Positions 8,470 to 18,106 of a stretch of 64,000 nucleotides of DNA are shown here, piece after piece. Within the stretch, counting starts at the first letter, position 1. Each line of letters begins with the position of its first letter. Below the pieces are notes generated by a model. It made no database searches, was not told where the DNA came from, and worked only from the letters and a program-made list of their open reading frames with translations. The DNA lies in assembly GCA_963653535.1 (NCBI GenBank), contig CAVJWU010000001.1:45030-109029 (forward strand), written 5' to 3'. The position numbers were made by a program, and so were the translations under genes. The stretch is from Azospirillum sp. CAG:239 (lineage in GTDB: Bacteria; Bacillota_I; Bacilli_A; RFN20; CAG-449).

Positions 8470-10547
8470 GAAGAGAGAAATTAATTACAATAGGCGTATC
8501 TTTAAGTTTTATAGTAGTTCTTTTTGCATCTTTTATTCCAACATTTTCTTGGTTTAATACAACGATAGAATTTAATGGTGGTATTAAAGGTGAATCAGCA
8601 GGAGCTTATTTTGCTGGTGGAGAAGGAACAAAAGAAAATCCATATATTTTAACTAATAGAAGACATTTTTATAACTTATCTTGGCTTCAATATTTAGGTT
8701 ATTTTAATGAAACAACTACTTCAGATAGTACAGAAACTATTAAGAAACAATATTATTTTAAAGTAAATAATGATATAAATTGTGAAGGTTTAGCGTTACC
8801 TCCGATTGGAACTACTAAATATCCTTTTATCGGTTCTTTTGATGGAGGAAACTATACAATATCTAATTTTACTATCACTGATACTTATGAAAAATTAGTT
8901 TCTCATCCTCATGTTATTGAAGAAGATGGTAATGATTATTATTCCTCTGGTAGTGCGGCTATTAATTATTGTTCCATTGTTGGTACTTTTGGTGTTATAG
9001 GTTCATATAGTAACGTTCCTAGTGCAACTTATGATACTTCTATTCCATCATTATCTAATTTATATTTGGATGATGTTACTATTGCGACAAAGACAGATAA
9101 TGTATTAGTTGGATGTTTTGCTGGTTACGTAAATTCAACTATTGATAACTGTGGTGTTCATTATGCTAAATTCGATATTGAAGCTAATACAACTAAGTTA
9201 ACTAGTTTTAATAATGTTTCTGAATTTACATTAATCGGTTCATATAATAAGGAGAAATATTCATATGATCAAGATTCTAGCGGCTCAGGAACTGATTATG
9301 GTACAAGTATCGATTTGAGAAAATTATATGAAAAAGCTAAAACTGTTGATTCGACTACTATGATTTCTGGTGGTACTATGTCTATCCCTAAAGCATATGC
9401 AATACCTTTTGATTTTGATTCTACTAGTGGCATTGTAAGTTATAAAAATGAAGATGGTAGTGATATAACAACAACTGTATCTAGTACTGGATATACGCTT
9501 AATGTAACAAATGCTTCTACAATACCAGTTGCTTCAACTGGAACTAACATTGGATATTATTCTGGTGGAGAAGTAAAAGTATACGAAGATTATTTTGATT
9601 CATCTAAAGTTAATTTTGATAATATGCAAACGGCTAATAACTCTCAAATTAGCGTTGAAGACGACACTGAACACATTGATAAAATTAAGACTTATTTAAA
9701 AACAGCTATTTCTTCTAATTCGACTTATCGAAAAGGTGATAGCGCGATGGCTTTAACAGGCACTTATTTTAGTGATGGTGGATCTAGCACAGGAACGGCT
9801 TTTCCAAGTAGTAATGATAGCTATTTAGTTGTAAATAACGCTAAAGTTGGTAATTGGAAAGGAAGTTTATTTATTCCAGGTAGAGGCATTTGGGTAGCCC
9901 CAACTAAGCCAGGCCGCTTTGAATTTGTGGCTATAAATCCAAAATCAAGTGGATTAGTAACAAACGCAGCAATTGCTATTTTTCGTTTAAAAAGAAGTAC
10001 ACCTAAAGATTATTCAACTGGTTTTTCTAATGGAAAATATATTCAAGGTAATGATTTTACAAACGATATGTGTGGTTGCATTATTTATGGGGGAACTAAA
10101 GCATATACACCATATTATTATGGCGTTGATATTACTCAGGCTGATATAGATGCCGGATATGAATTTTTTATTACAAAATATGCCGGTACTAGCAATAACC
10201 CTTACATTGTTTATATTGATATTGGAACTGCGAGTGGTAGCGGAAGTACTTCTACATTAACAAATTTAGGTCAATTTGACTTTGTCACTAAAGTAGGTGA
10301 TTCATTGACTAAAATTAAAACTTATGATGAAGGCTCTAGTTCGTATGTCGCTAACAAGGGGTATTCTAGTTCTAACGTAACATTTATAATTGGTGATACA
10401 ACTTCTGATACAATTGTAGCTTTTAGAAGATTAGTTGATGAAAGTATCGGGGTTTATTATTACGATTCTTCGTCAAGTATTCTTACTCCTTCTAGCACGG
10501 GTACTAAAACTTCTACAAATAAAGAAGATTGTACTAGTTCAAATTAA
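8466..10547 (+). CDS. Large secreted beta-helix/GLUG-like surface protein with a SipW-cognate-like signal. True start is the ATG at 8466, overlapping the upstream TGA as ATGA.
   Basis: MRREKLITIGVSLSFIVVLFASFIPTFSWFNTTIEF carries the same TFSWF motif as the upstream gene. PFIGSFDGGNYTISNFTIT and VLVGCFAGYVNSTIDNC resemble the FxGxFDGNGHTIxNL / GLUG beta-helix motifs. The ORF track's start at 8448 is a TTG. Confidence 0.5.
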   Translation: MRREKLITIGVSLSFIVVLFASFIPTFSWFNTTIEFNGGIKGESAGAYFAGGEGTKENPYILTNRRHFYNLSWLQYLGYFNETTTSDSTETIKKQYYFKVNNDINCEGLALPPIGTTKYPFIGSFDGGNYTISNFTITDTYEKLVSHPHVIEEDGNDYYSSGSAAINYCSIVGTFGVIGSYSNVPSATYDTSIPSLSNLYLDDVTIATKTDNVLVGCFAGYVNSTIDNCGVHYAKFDIEANTTKLTSFNNVSEFTLIGSYNKEKYSYDQDSSGSGTDYGTSIDLRKLYEKAKTVDSTTMISGGTMSIPKAYAIPFDFDSTSGIVSYKNEDGSDITTTVSSTGYTLNVTNASTIPVASTGTNIGYYSGGEVKVYEDYFDSSKVNFDNMQTANNSQISVEDDTEHIDKIKTYLKTAISSNSTYRKGDSAMALTGTYFSDGGSSTGTAFPSSNDSYLVVNNAKVGNWKGSLFIPGRGIWVAPTKPGRFEFVAINPKSSGLVTNAAIAIFRLKRSTPKDYSTGFSNGKYIQGNDFTNDMCGCIIYGGTKAYTPYYYGVDITQADIDAGYEFFITKYAGTSNNPYIVYIDIGTASGSGSTSTLTNLGQFDFVTKVGDSLTKIKTYDEGSSSYVANKGYSSSNVTFIIGDTTSDTIVAFRRLVDESIGVYYYDSSSSILTPSSTGTKTSTNKEDCTSSN

Positions 10548-10577
10548 AAAAAATCACAGAGATTCTGTGATTTTTAT
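10545..10577. terminator. Bidirectional rho-independent terminator between convergent genes
   Basis: aatcacaga-gatt-tctgtgatt hairpin flanked by an A-run upstream and a T-run downstream. Confidence 0.6.
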
Positions 10578-10598
10578 TTGTAAATTTATTTTATATTT

Positions 10599-11117
10599 TT
10601 ATTTTCTTGGATCAATTGCTTTTTGGAATTCAAGGAATGGTTTAGAAACATCTTCAATTGGGTCTTTACAATCGTTATCTAACCAATTGATCATGATGTT
10701 AAATAAAGCTCCTGCCATAAAGTAAGCAACATATTTATCAAATTGAACTGGTAATACCTTTAAGAATTCAGTTGATAAGAAATCTAATAATTTCATATCT
10801 AAATGAGCTTTTCTTAAGCATTTATTAGTTCTCATATTAGATTTAAAGAATAAGAATAATGATAGAATTGCGATTTCATTAGTTTCTGGTGCATTTAAAT
10901 CATTGTTGCTTTTTAGTTGATTCATAAATTTATCTTTGGACATTTCAAAGAATCTAATTAAGACATCTTCTTTAGTATCAAAATGACGATAATAAGTAAC
11001 TCTACTTAATCCAGCTTTTGATGTGATATCAGTAATAGAGATGGAATTATAATCTTTTTCTTCCATTAATGATATTAATGCATTGGTGATTCTCGAATCG
11101 ATTTCTTCTTTCTTCAT
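10599..11117 (-). CDS. TetR/AcrR family transcriptional regulator
   Basis: N-terminal helix-turn-helix ISITDITSKAGLSRVTYYRHFDTKEDVL. Confidence 0.75.
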   Translation of the reverse strand: MKKEEIDSRITNALISLMEEKDYNSISITDITSKAGLSRVTYYRHFDTKEDVLIRFFEMSKDKFMNQLKSNNDLNAPETNEIAILSLFLFFKSNMRTNKCLRKAHLDMKLLDFLSTEFLKVLPVQFDKYVAYFMAGALFNIMINWLDNDCKDPIEDVSKPFLEFQKAIDPRK

Positions 11118-11212
11118 TTTATGACCTCCGTATTCATAGTAACATAATAATACATATGATAAAAAAAATCACTAGAAAATTACAAAGAAATGAAGATTGT
11201 TACAAAATAGTA

Positions 11213-11238
11213 TTAAAAAAGTCCTTTTTCAAGGACTA
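11213..11238 (-). terminator. Rho-independent terminator that overlaps the stop codon
   Basis: agtcctt-tttca-aaggact hairpin, followed on the minus strand by TTTTTTAATA. Confidence 0.45.
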
Positions 11239-13263
11239 ATTTAATATCATATGAATTATTGTTAGTATTGCGACTATATAACCAATGGAAATGAATAACA
11301 TATATAAAGACATGGTGAAGTAATCGACAATCTTTGATCTCTTTCCTAGATGAGGATGATAGAATAATAAGAATGGTACTAGATAGATAATTTGATAATA
11401 TTGACCTAAACCTCTTACGTTAGTGGAAATATTACGGTTTAAATATTCTTCTAACGCGATTAAGGAGATAATTACACATACTAAGATATTCTTAATGAAG
11501 AAATATTTATTACCAGTAAAGATCTTATTCGCGTTAGTACTTCCGTATTTATGAACGATAAATAATCTAATAAAGTATAAAGAAACTAAATAAGTGATAC
11601 ATAAGAAAGAGAATTGAGGTCTTTCAGTAGTGAAGAAATAATCAATCCATATATTACTTTTAATACCTAATGCTTTAGCGTTTAAGTGAATATAAGTAGT
11701 AAAGATAATCCAAATGATTGGTATTATTGAAAGTGACCTATAGATGATCTTTCTTTTTTTTGTATTAATAAAGTCAGGAGTATAGAACAAGAAGAACATA
11801 ATACCGAAATAACAAGCAATTGAACCAAAATTATTCGGTACATTTACAAAATTAGTAATTAAAGAAGTAATGCCACGTGTATTAGTTAAATAAGTAACTA
11901 AGGTTGTTTCAATGAAATATAAACCAAAGAAGATACAGGAGAACATAAAGAAGTTTCTGATACTTCTTTTATCACCCATGTAGATGTCAAAATCAATAAA
12001 GTAGAGTAAGAACATACCAACTGTAAAATAGATAAACATCTTTTTTGTTGCATCATTATAAGTTACTTGGGTCATATTAGTATTATAGAATAACATATTG
12101 ACGTTAATAATAACTCTAAATGAACCAAAGAGAATTAAGAAGATACCAACTATTTCAAAGACAGTTTCAGGAATAAAAGGAAAGAAACGTATATCTTTTT
12201 TAGGCTCTTTGTATGTCTTATTTTTCGAAACTATTTCTTGGACAACTTCTTGTTTTCTAAATTTATTTTTACCAAAGAAGATGGCGAATAGATATAAGAA
12301 TAAGAAACCAACGATAAAGCAAATGCCTAAATAGAAAGCACCAAGAGAAGAAATCTCGGTAAATAAGTTTGCGTTAGCCCCTTTCGCGTGATCAATAAGT
12401 AAAGTCTTAAATGAATAGTCCATGTTAGTTGTTGTTTTTATCATTGAGGTGAAATCATTATAGACATCATTAACATGAGCTTTCATCTTTTCTTTTACTT
12501 TTTCTAAGGTTACTTTATCTATTTCTTCATTAGATTCAGTAGTAATATTTTCATTTAGCGTAAATACATCATCTTCAATTGTAAAAGAGGAGATATATTT
12601 AACTAAGGTATTATAATCAATATATTGAACGTTTAAAGTAGTTAATGAATCATTAGCAAGATTAGGAACAATATAATAAGTAGCGCCTTTTTCTTCTTTA
12701 TAATTAATATATGCATTTAGGCTTCTAATTGCATAATCATTCGTTGATGCACTTATAGAAACAAATTTATCAGTGGTTGATTCATGTATTTCAGGTCGTA
12801 ATGATTCATGAAGAAAGGAGAAAGTAGGAGATCCTTTTTCTCTAACTTGATGAACGAATTCTACGTATTCAGAAGTATAAAACTCGCTTGCATGTTCCAT
12901 AGTATAAGCGTAAGAATTATAACCAAAGAAAGCGAATATACAAGAAAAGAGAATTGTAACTAATAAAATGTATTTAGTGATCTTTTTTGATAAGATATGG
13001 CGATACCATCGAACAAAACGTGATTCATTTTCATCTAATTCTTTCGGATAAGATGATATTCCTTCTAGATAAATCGAATAATCAATATTTAAAGCATCCG
13101 ATATCTTCTTAATAGATCTCTTTGAAGGCTTCACATATCCATTTTCAAAATAACGATAAAATAAAGTAGGAATGTGTAAAAATTTTGCGAAAGTTCTTTT
13201 CGACATGTTCATTTCTTTACGTTTATTATAAAGATATTCGTTATATGATATCACTTCATCCAT
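11236..13263 (-). CDS. XRE-family HTH domain fused to a large polytopic membrane domain (membrane-anchored regulator or sensor)
   Basis: N-terminal MSKRTFAKFLHIPTLFYRYFENGYVKPSKRSIKKISDALNI is an XRE helix-turn-helix. It is followed by one transmembrane helix, a soluble region of about 200 aa, and at least 8 further transmembrane helices. Confidence 0.55.
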   Translation of the reverse strand: MDEVISYNEYLYNKRKEMNMSKRTFAKFLHIPTLFYRYFENGYVKPSKRSIKKISDALNIDYSIYLEGISSYPKELDENESRFVRWYRHILSKKITKYILLVTILFSCIFAFFGYNSYAYTMEHASEFYTSEYVEFVHQVREKGSPTFSFLHESLRPEIHESTTDKFVSISASTNDYAIRSLNAYINYKEEKGATYYIVPNLANDSLTTLNVQYIDYNTLVKYISSFTIEDDVFTLNENITTESNEEIDKVTLEKVKEKMKAHVNDVYNDFTSMIKTTTNMDYSFKTLLIDHAKGANANLFTEISSLGAFYLGICFIVGFLFLYLFAIFFGKNKFRKQEVVQEIVSKNKTYKEPKKDIRFFPFIPETVFEIVGIFLILFGSFRVIINVNMLFYNTNMTQVTYNDATKKMFIYFTVGMFLLYFIDFDIYMGDKRSIRNFFMFSCIFFGLYFIETTLVTYLTNTRGITSLITNFVNVPNNFGSIACYFGIMFFLFYTPDFINTKKRKIIYRSLSIIPIIWIIFTTYIHLNAKALGIKSNIWIDYFFTTERPQFSFLCITYLVSLYFIRLFIVHKYGSTNANKIFTGNKYFFIKNILVCVIISLIALEEYLNRNISTNVRGLGQYYQIIYLVPFLLFYHPHLGKRSKIVDYFTMSLYMLFISIGYIVAILTIIHMILN

Positions 13264-13412
13264 ATCGAGAACTTCCTTTCTTTTGTAGTATTAATATTAT
13301 AATGAAAAAATCTTTTAAAAACATAGTAAAAAGATTTTTATTTTAAAAATGCTTTTAATATTTATTTATAATCATTAAAATATTTTTATTAACGAAAGGA
13401 GAAATTTAAATT

Positions 13413-15266
13413 ATGAAATTTAAAAAAGGTCTATTAATGATTTTAATTTCTTCTTTTATGCTTACTTCATGTGGAACAAGTAAAAAAAGATATAGCTTTA
13501 CATATGGAGCAGGAGAAAGTAAATCTTATTCTGGAATTAGTTATTATGAAGATAGTTATTTTGATGAAGGTGGTAGCATTTATAATCCTTCATTATCTAC
13601 TTGTTCAATGGCTCTATCGATGAGCGCATTTAATGGTAAAAATGTTGAAGAAGGATATTCTTTACGTTATATCAATGCTGAAAATTTCTTAAAGAATTAT
13701 GGCTTTAGTTCTATTTACATTAATGATGGCTTTAAAAATAAACCTACTTCTACTTCTCTTGGTATTATAATTGGTCAAAAAAGACTAGGTGAAAAAACAT
13801 TAATCGTGGTAGCTTTACGAGGAAGAAATTACGAAACTGAATGGGTCAATAATGTGACATTTGGTAATGGTAAAGAAGTTTCTGGTCACCAAGGCTATTC
13901 TGAAATGAGTCAAATATATTTAAATACCTTAGAAGATTATATCGTTAATAATAATATATCCGGAAATATCAAACTTTGGAGCGTAGGTTTTTCTCGTGGA
14001 GGAGCGATTAATAATATCTCCTTAGGTCAATTAGATAAAATGATTTCGAAGTCGACTTCATTATTTAATAATCGCGTAACATTAGAAAAAGAAGATATCT
14101 ATGGATATTGTTTTGATGCTTTTAAAGGCGTTTCTACTAAAGAAGAAATTTCTCCTAAAGACAAGATTTATTCAAATATTCATAATATCATTAATCCTAA
14201 TAATATCTTTAATAAGATTGGCTTTAAAGAACTTGATTTTACTACTTATGGAGTAGATTATTATTTACCTGATTCAGTTAGAAATGTTAATTATAATCGT
14301 CTTATTAGTAATATGAAAGCACAATATGCTTCTTTAGATGCTAGTAGTGAATTAGGTGATTATATCATCGATAATTTTTCTTTAAATCGTGATGAAGCAT
14401 CTTATTATAGTATTGTCGATACGAAAACACGTATTAATTATAATGTCGGCTTATATTTAGATGAATTTTTAGAATTAATCGCAGTTTTTGGCTTACAATC
14501 ACAAGAAAAATATTATACTGACTATGAAGAAGGCTTAAAACAACTTTTGACTGTTGTTTTTAAAAATGGTTCACTTAAATTTAGTCTTGAAACTCTTGCG
14601 ATGAATTTAGTTCGTTATTTACTTTCATCGAGTAATATTGATTTATATATAAATAATTTACTTCATGATCAAAACGCATTTATCAATGATTTTTTAGTTT
14701 TATTACGTTCTAATTTAGTTTCTTTAGGCTTAAATATTAGTCCTACTATTTTACAAAATACCTTACATTCCTTTATTGGAATGATTATGTCAATATGTAT
14801 GTTAGATAGCTCTTTCTTAACAAGTTTAATTAATTTAACTAATATAAAAGCGATTCTTAAAGCGATGAATCCAGAAATTACTTTAGCCCATTTAATGGCT
14901 TTAGATCCTAATTACTCGACACCTATTTCTTATAATAGTGATGGAAGTTATTATTATTTAAGCGTTAATGATGTAAATAGTGAAACGAAAATTATTATTA
15001 AAGATAAAGATGGAGAAGTGTGTGGTGAATTAACTAATAACTACTTATCTACTTTAGGAAGCTTAACTACAGGTAATTATTCAAAAATAGTATATTTTTA
15101 TATTCCAGTTGAAGAAGCTTATACAATTGAAATAAGTAATGCGACAACTTATTCACTTACTTATTTTGACCAAACAAATCTAGATTATGTGCTTAAACCT
15201 TATGAAAGTGGTGAAGTAGGTTCTAGAAAAGAAATTGTTACTACTACTTACCCAGAGAAGAAATAA
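13413..15266 (+). CDS. Lipoprotein with a lipase class 3 (alpha/beta hydrolase) domain
   Basis: Lipobox MLTSC. LIVVALRGRNYETEW...VSGHQGYSE...WSVGFSRGGA matches the Lipase_3 pattern (RGT...W, the HxGF region and the GxSxG nucleophile). Confidence 0.55.
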   Translation: MKFKKGLLMILISSFMLTSCGTSKKRYSFTYGAGESKSYSGISYYEDSYFDEGGSIYNPSLSTCSMALSMSAFNGKNVEEGYSLRYINAENFLKNYGFSSIYINDGFKNKPTSTSLGIIIGQKRLGEKTLIVVALRGRNYETEWVNNVTFGNGKEVSGHQGYSEMSQIYLNTLEDYIVNNNISGNIKLWSVGFSRGGAINNISLGQLDKMISKSTSLFNNRVTLEKEDIYGYCFDAFKGVSTKEEISPKDKIYSNIHNIINPNNIFNKIGFKELDFTTYGVDYYLPDSVRNVNYNRLISNMKAQYASLDASSELGDYIIDNFSLNRDEASYYSIVDTKTRINYNVGLYLDEFLELIAVFGLQSQEKYYTDYEEGLKQLLTVVFKNGSLKFSLETLAMNLVRYLLSSSNIDLYINNLLHDQNAFINDFLVLLRSNLVSLGLNISPTILQNTLHSFIGMIMSICMLDSSFLTSLINLTNIKAILKAMNPEITLAHLMALDPNYSTPISYNSDGSYYYLSVNDVNSETKIIIKDKDGEVCGELTNNYLSTLGSLTTGNYSKIVYFYIPVEEAYTIEISNATTYSLTYFDQTNLDYVLKPYESGEVGSRKEIVTTTYPEKK

Positions 15267-15268
15267 AT

Positions 15269-17815
15269 ATGAAAAAGAAAATTGAAATTAATAGAATTAC
15301 TCCTAATGTCAATGAAGGATTAAATGATAAACAAATCGAAGAAAGAATTAACGGGGGATTTATTAATAAAAGTAAATCCGATAACGAAAAATCTTATTTA
15401 AGAATTATATTTGATAATTTCTTTAATTCTTTTAATGTTGTTTTAATGTCGATTTGTTTAGTCTTCCTTTTCTTTGTTATCTATTTAAATGCTTCGGGAA
15501 ATAAGAATGTCGCGGATACTTATTTTGGCTATTCTAAATTTACTTTTATAATTCCTGTCTTTATTAATTCAATTATTGGAAGTGTTCAAGAAATTCATTC
15601 TAAGATTGTTCTTCATAAAATTAATATTGTTAATAAAGCTAAAGCAAAAGTTATTAGAAATGGTAAAGAAGAAATTATTTATTCTGATGAAATTCTTCTT
15701 GATGATATCATTATTCTTAATGCTGGTGATCAAGTTTTATGTGATATTGTCGTTATAGAAGGTAATATCGAAATTGATGAATCTTTATTAACGGGTGAAT
15801 CTGATTTAATTAAAAAAGGCGATGGAGATAAGTTATTATCAGGATCTAGCGTTATCGTTGGCTCATGTAAAGGTAAAGTAATTTCTGTTGGAGAAGATAC
15901 TTACGCGAATAAATTATCAAGTAAAGTTAAATCTATTTCAAAAAATAAATCAGAATTAATGGTATCAATCTTTACCTTAATTAAATTTTTAGCATTGGTT
16001 TTAATCGGTATTGTTATTGTTGTTATTTCAACATTGGTTTATAAAGTTGCTCGTTGGGGTAATGATCCTTCCGTTTGGAGCGAAGATTTATCAATTACTT
16101 ATTCATTATCTAGCGCTTCTACTTGGGCAAGAATTGTTCTTACTGCTGGAGCTTTCGCGATAGGAGTAATTCCAACTGGATTAGTACTTTTAACTTCTTT
16201 AACACTCGCAATATCAATTGTTAAATTAGCGAAAGAAAATACTTTAATTCAAGATTTATATTCTTTAGAAAATTTATCGCGAGTAGATACTATTTGTTTA
16301 GATAAAACAGGGACTTTAACAGATGGAACGATGGAGGTAACACGCGAAATAACATTCATTAATAAAGAAGAAGTTCTTACCTTTATTAAAGAATTTAATT
16401 TTGCTTCTACAGATAATAATTCCACCGCGGTGGCATTAAAAAATAAATATCAAACTAAAGAAATAAAGAATTATTCTTACATACCTTTTTCTAGTAAAGA
16501 TAAATGTTCTTCTTTAGTTTATGATGATAAAACTAAACTTACTTTAGGAGCACCTGATTATTTGATTTCTCCTTCATCAAAAGAATATGAAATAGTAAAG
16601 AAAGAATCTTCTTTAGGTAGTAGAGTTATCGCCTTAAAGAAAGATGAAACTTTAATCGCTTTATTCATCTTAAAAGATAATATTAGAAAATCAGCGAAAG
16701 ATACTATCGCTTATTTTTATGAAAATAATCTCGATATTAAGATTATTTCTGGCGATAATCCTTTAACGGTCAGTTATATCGCGCATGAATGCGGAGTAAA
16801 AGATACATCTAAATACATTTCTTTAGAAAATGTTAAAGATGAAGAGATACCTTCTTTAGTCGATAATTATACGATATTTGCCCGTGTTTCTCCTGAACAA
16901 AAGAAATTAATTATTGAAGCTTTACAAGCAAAAAATAAAAAAGTAGGGATGACTGGTGATGGAGTAAATGATATCTTAGCTTTAAGAAAGGCTAATGCTT
17001 CTATTACCTTTAAAAAGGCTACGGATGCAGCTAAAGCTTGTAGTGATGTCGTATTAATGGATGATGATTTTGTCCATTTAAAAGAAGTTATTTCACAAGG
17101 CCGAAGAGTAGTTAATAACATTCAAAGATCAGCCACCCTCTTCTTAATGAAAACAACTTGCTTTGTTTTATTATCATTATTATTAATACCATTTAAGAAA
17201 GGACAAATGTTCTTCAGCGTAGAAAATATTTACCTTATGCAGTTTAGTATCATCGCTCTTGGCGGTTTCTTACTTTCTTTAGAAAGTTCTAAAGAACCTA
17301 TTAAAGGAAATTTTAAAGATAATGTTTTATTTAAAGCCTTACTTTCTGGAACATTTATGACTTTCGCAGCTCTATTACCGATTTTAATTAATCAAATTGC
17401 TTTACTTTGTTCTTCTAATGTCATATTTAATAACTCAAATGTTAGTACGATGATTTCTTTATTAACGACAATTTCTGGATTAATTGTGCTAATTTGTATG
17501 ACTTATCCACATAATAAATATCGTAAAGGAGTATTAATCGTTACTTTCTTATCTACTTTTGTAGCTGGATTATTCTCTCCAACAAGTTTTATTGGAGGTA
17601 AAGCAACTACCTTTTCAATGATTAAATCAGAAGATGGAAATATCTTCCATGCGCAGTTCTTTAAAGAAATGTTTCAACCTTGGAACTGTCCTTCATTAAT
17701 CGCTTTAAATGAACAAGCATTACAAACTTATTTAACTCTAGGTTTATTCATTCTTATCGGCTTACCTTTATATATCTTTTTATTAAAATTTATTACTGAA
17801 AAGATAAGAAAATAA
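15269..17815 (+). CDS. P-type cation-transporting ATPase (type II, Ca2+/Mg2+-ATPase-like)
   Basis: Phosphorylation motif CLDKTGTLT and hinge motif GDGVNDILAL. The N-terminus is EERINGGFINKSK-like, and there are 10 predicted transmembrane helices. The ATG lies 2 nt after the upstream stop. Confidence 0.8.
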   Translation: MKKKIEINRITPNVNEGLNDKQIEERINGGFINKSKSDNEKSYLRIIFDNFFNSFNVVLMSICLVFLFFVIYLNASGNKNVADTYFGYSKFTFIIPVFINSIIGSVQEIHSKIVLHKINIVNKAKAKVIRNGKEEIIYSDEILLDDIIILNAGDQVLCDIVVIEGNIEIDESLLTGESDLIKKGDGDKLLSGSSVIVGSCKGKVISVGEDTYANKLSSKVKSISKNKSELMVSIFTLIKFLALVLIGIVIVVISTLVYKVARWGNDPSVWSEDLSITYSLSSASTWARIVLTAGAFAIGVIPTGLVLLTSLTLAISIVKLAKENTLIQDLYSLENLSRVDTICLDKTGTLTDGTMEVTREITFINKEEVLTFIKEFNFASTDNNSTAVALKNKYQTKEIKNYSYIPFSSKDKCSSLVYDDKTKLTLGAPDYLISPSSKEYEIVKKESSLGSRVIALKKDETLIALFILKDNIRKSAKDTIAYFYENNLDIKIISGDNPLTVSYIAHECGVKDTSKYISLENVKDEEIPSLVDNYTIFARVSPEQKKLIIEALQAKNKKVGMTGDGVNDILALRKANASITFKKATDAAKACSDVVLMDDDFVHLKEVISQGRRVVNNIQRSATLFLMKTTCFVLLSLLLIPFKKGQMFFSVENIYLMQFSIIALGGFLLSLESSKEPIKGNFKDNVLFKALLSGTFMTFAALLPILINQIALLCSSNVIFNNSNVSTMISLLTTISGLIVLICMTYPHNKYRKGVLIVTFLSTFVAGLFSPTSFIGGKATTFSMIKSEDGNIFHAQFFKEMFQPWNCPSLIALNEQALQTYLTLGLFILIGLPLYIFLLKFITEKIRK

Positions 17816-18065
17816 TTTTGATAAAATCTAATCTAACGTAGAAGTAGATATGTTTACAAAAAGAAGAATGCTTATTCTTTATTATTTAATTTAATATATA
17901 ACTTTATTTGTTTTATCCTATTTAATAATTAAATGTATCATTTCTTTACCATTAGGAAATTATTGATTGAGAAAACTTAATCATCGCTTACGTGGAAGAT
18001 TATTATCATCTTTTAGTTTCTAGAGTTTATAATCTCTTCTAGTACGATAATAACGATATTTAAAT

Positions 18066-18106
18066 AGAAAAAGAGCTTGAAAACAATTGTTTTCAGGCTC
18101 TTTTTA
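18066..18106. terminator. Bidirectional rho-independent terminator with a long hairpin
   Basis: agagcttgaaaacaa / ttgttttcaggctct stem of 15 bp with one G·U pair, flanked by A-runs and T-runs. Confidence 0.55.

Noticed and set aside
13307-13338. 10-bp inverted repeat AAAATCTTTT/AAAAGATTTT in the XRE and lipoprotein divergent region
   Set aside because: It is almost pure A/T in a genome of about 30% GC, so it could arise by chance. It is kept only as a low-confidence note within another finding.
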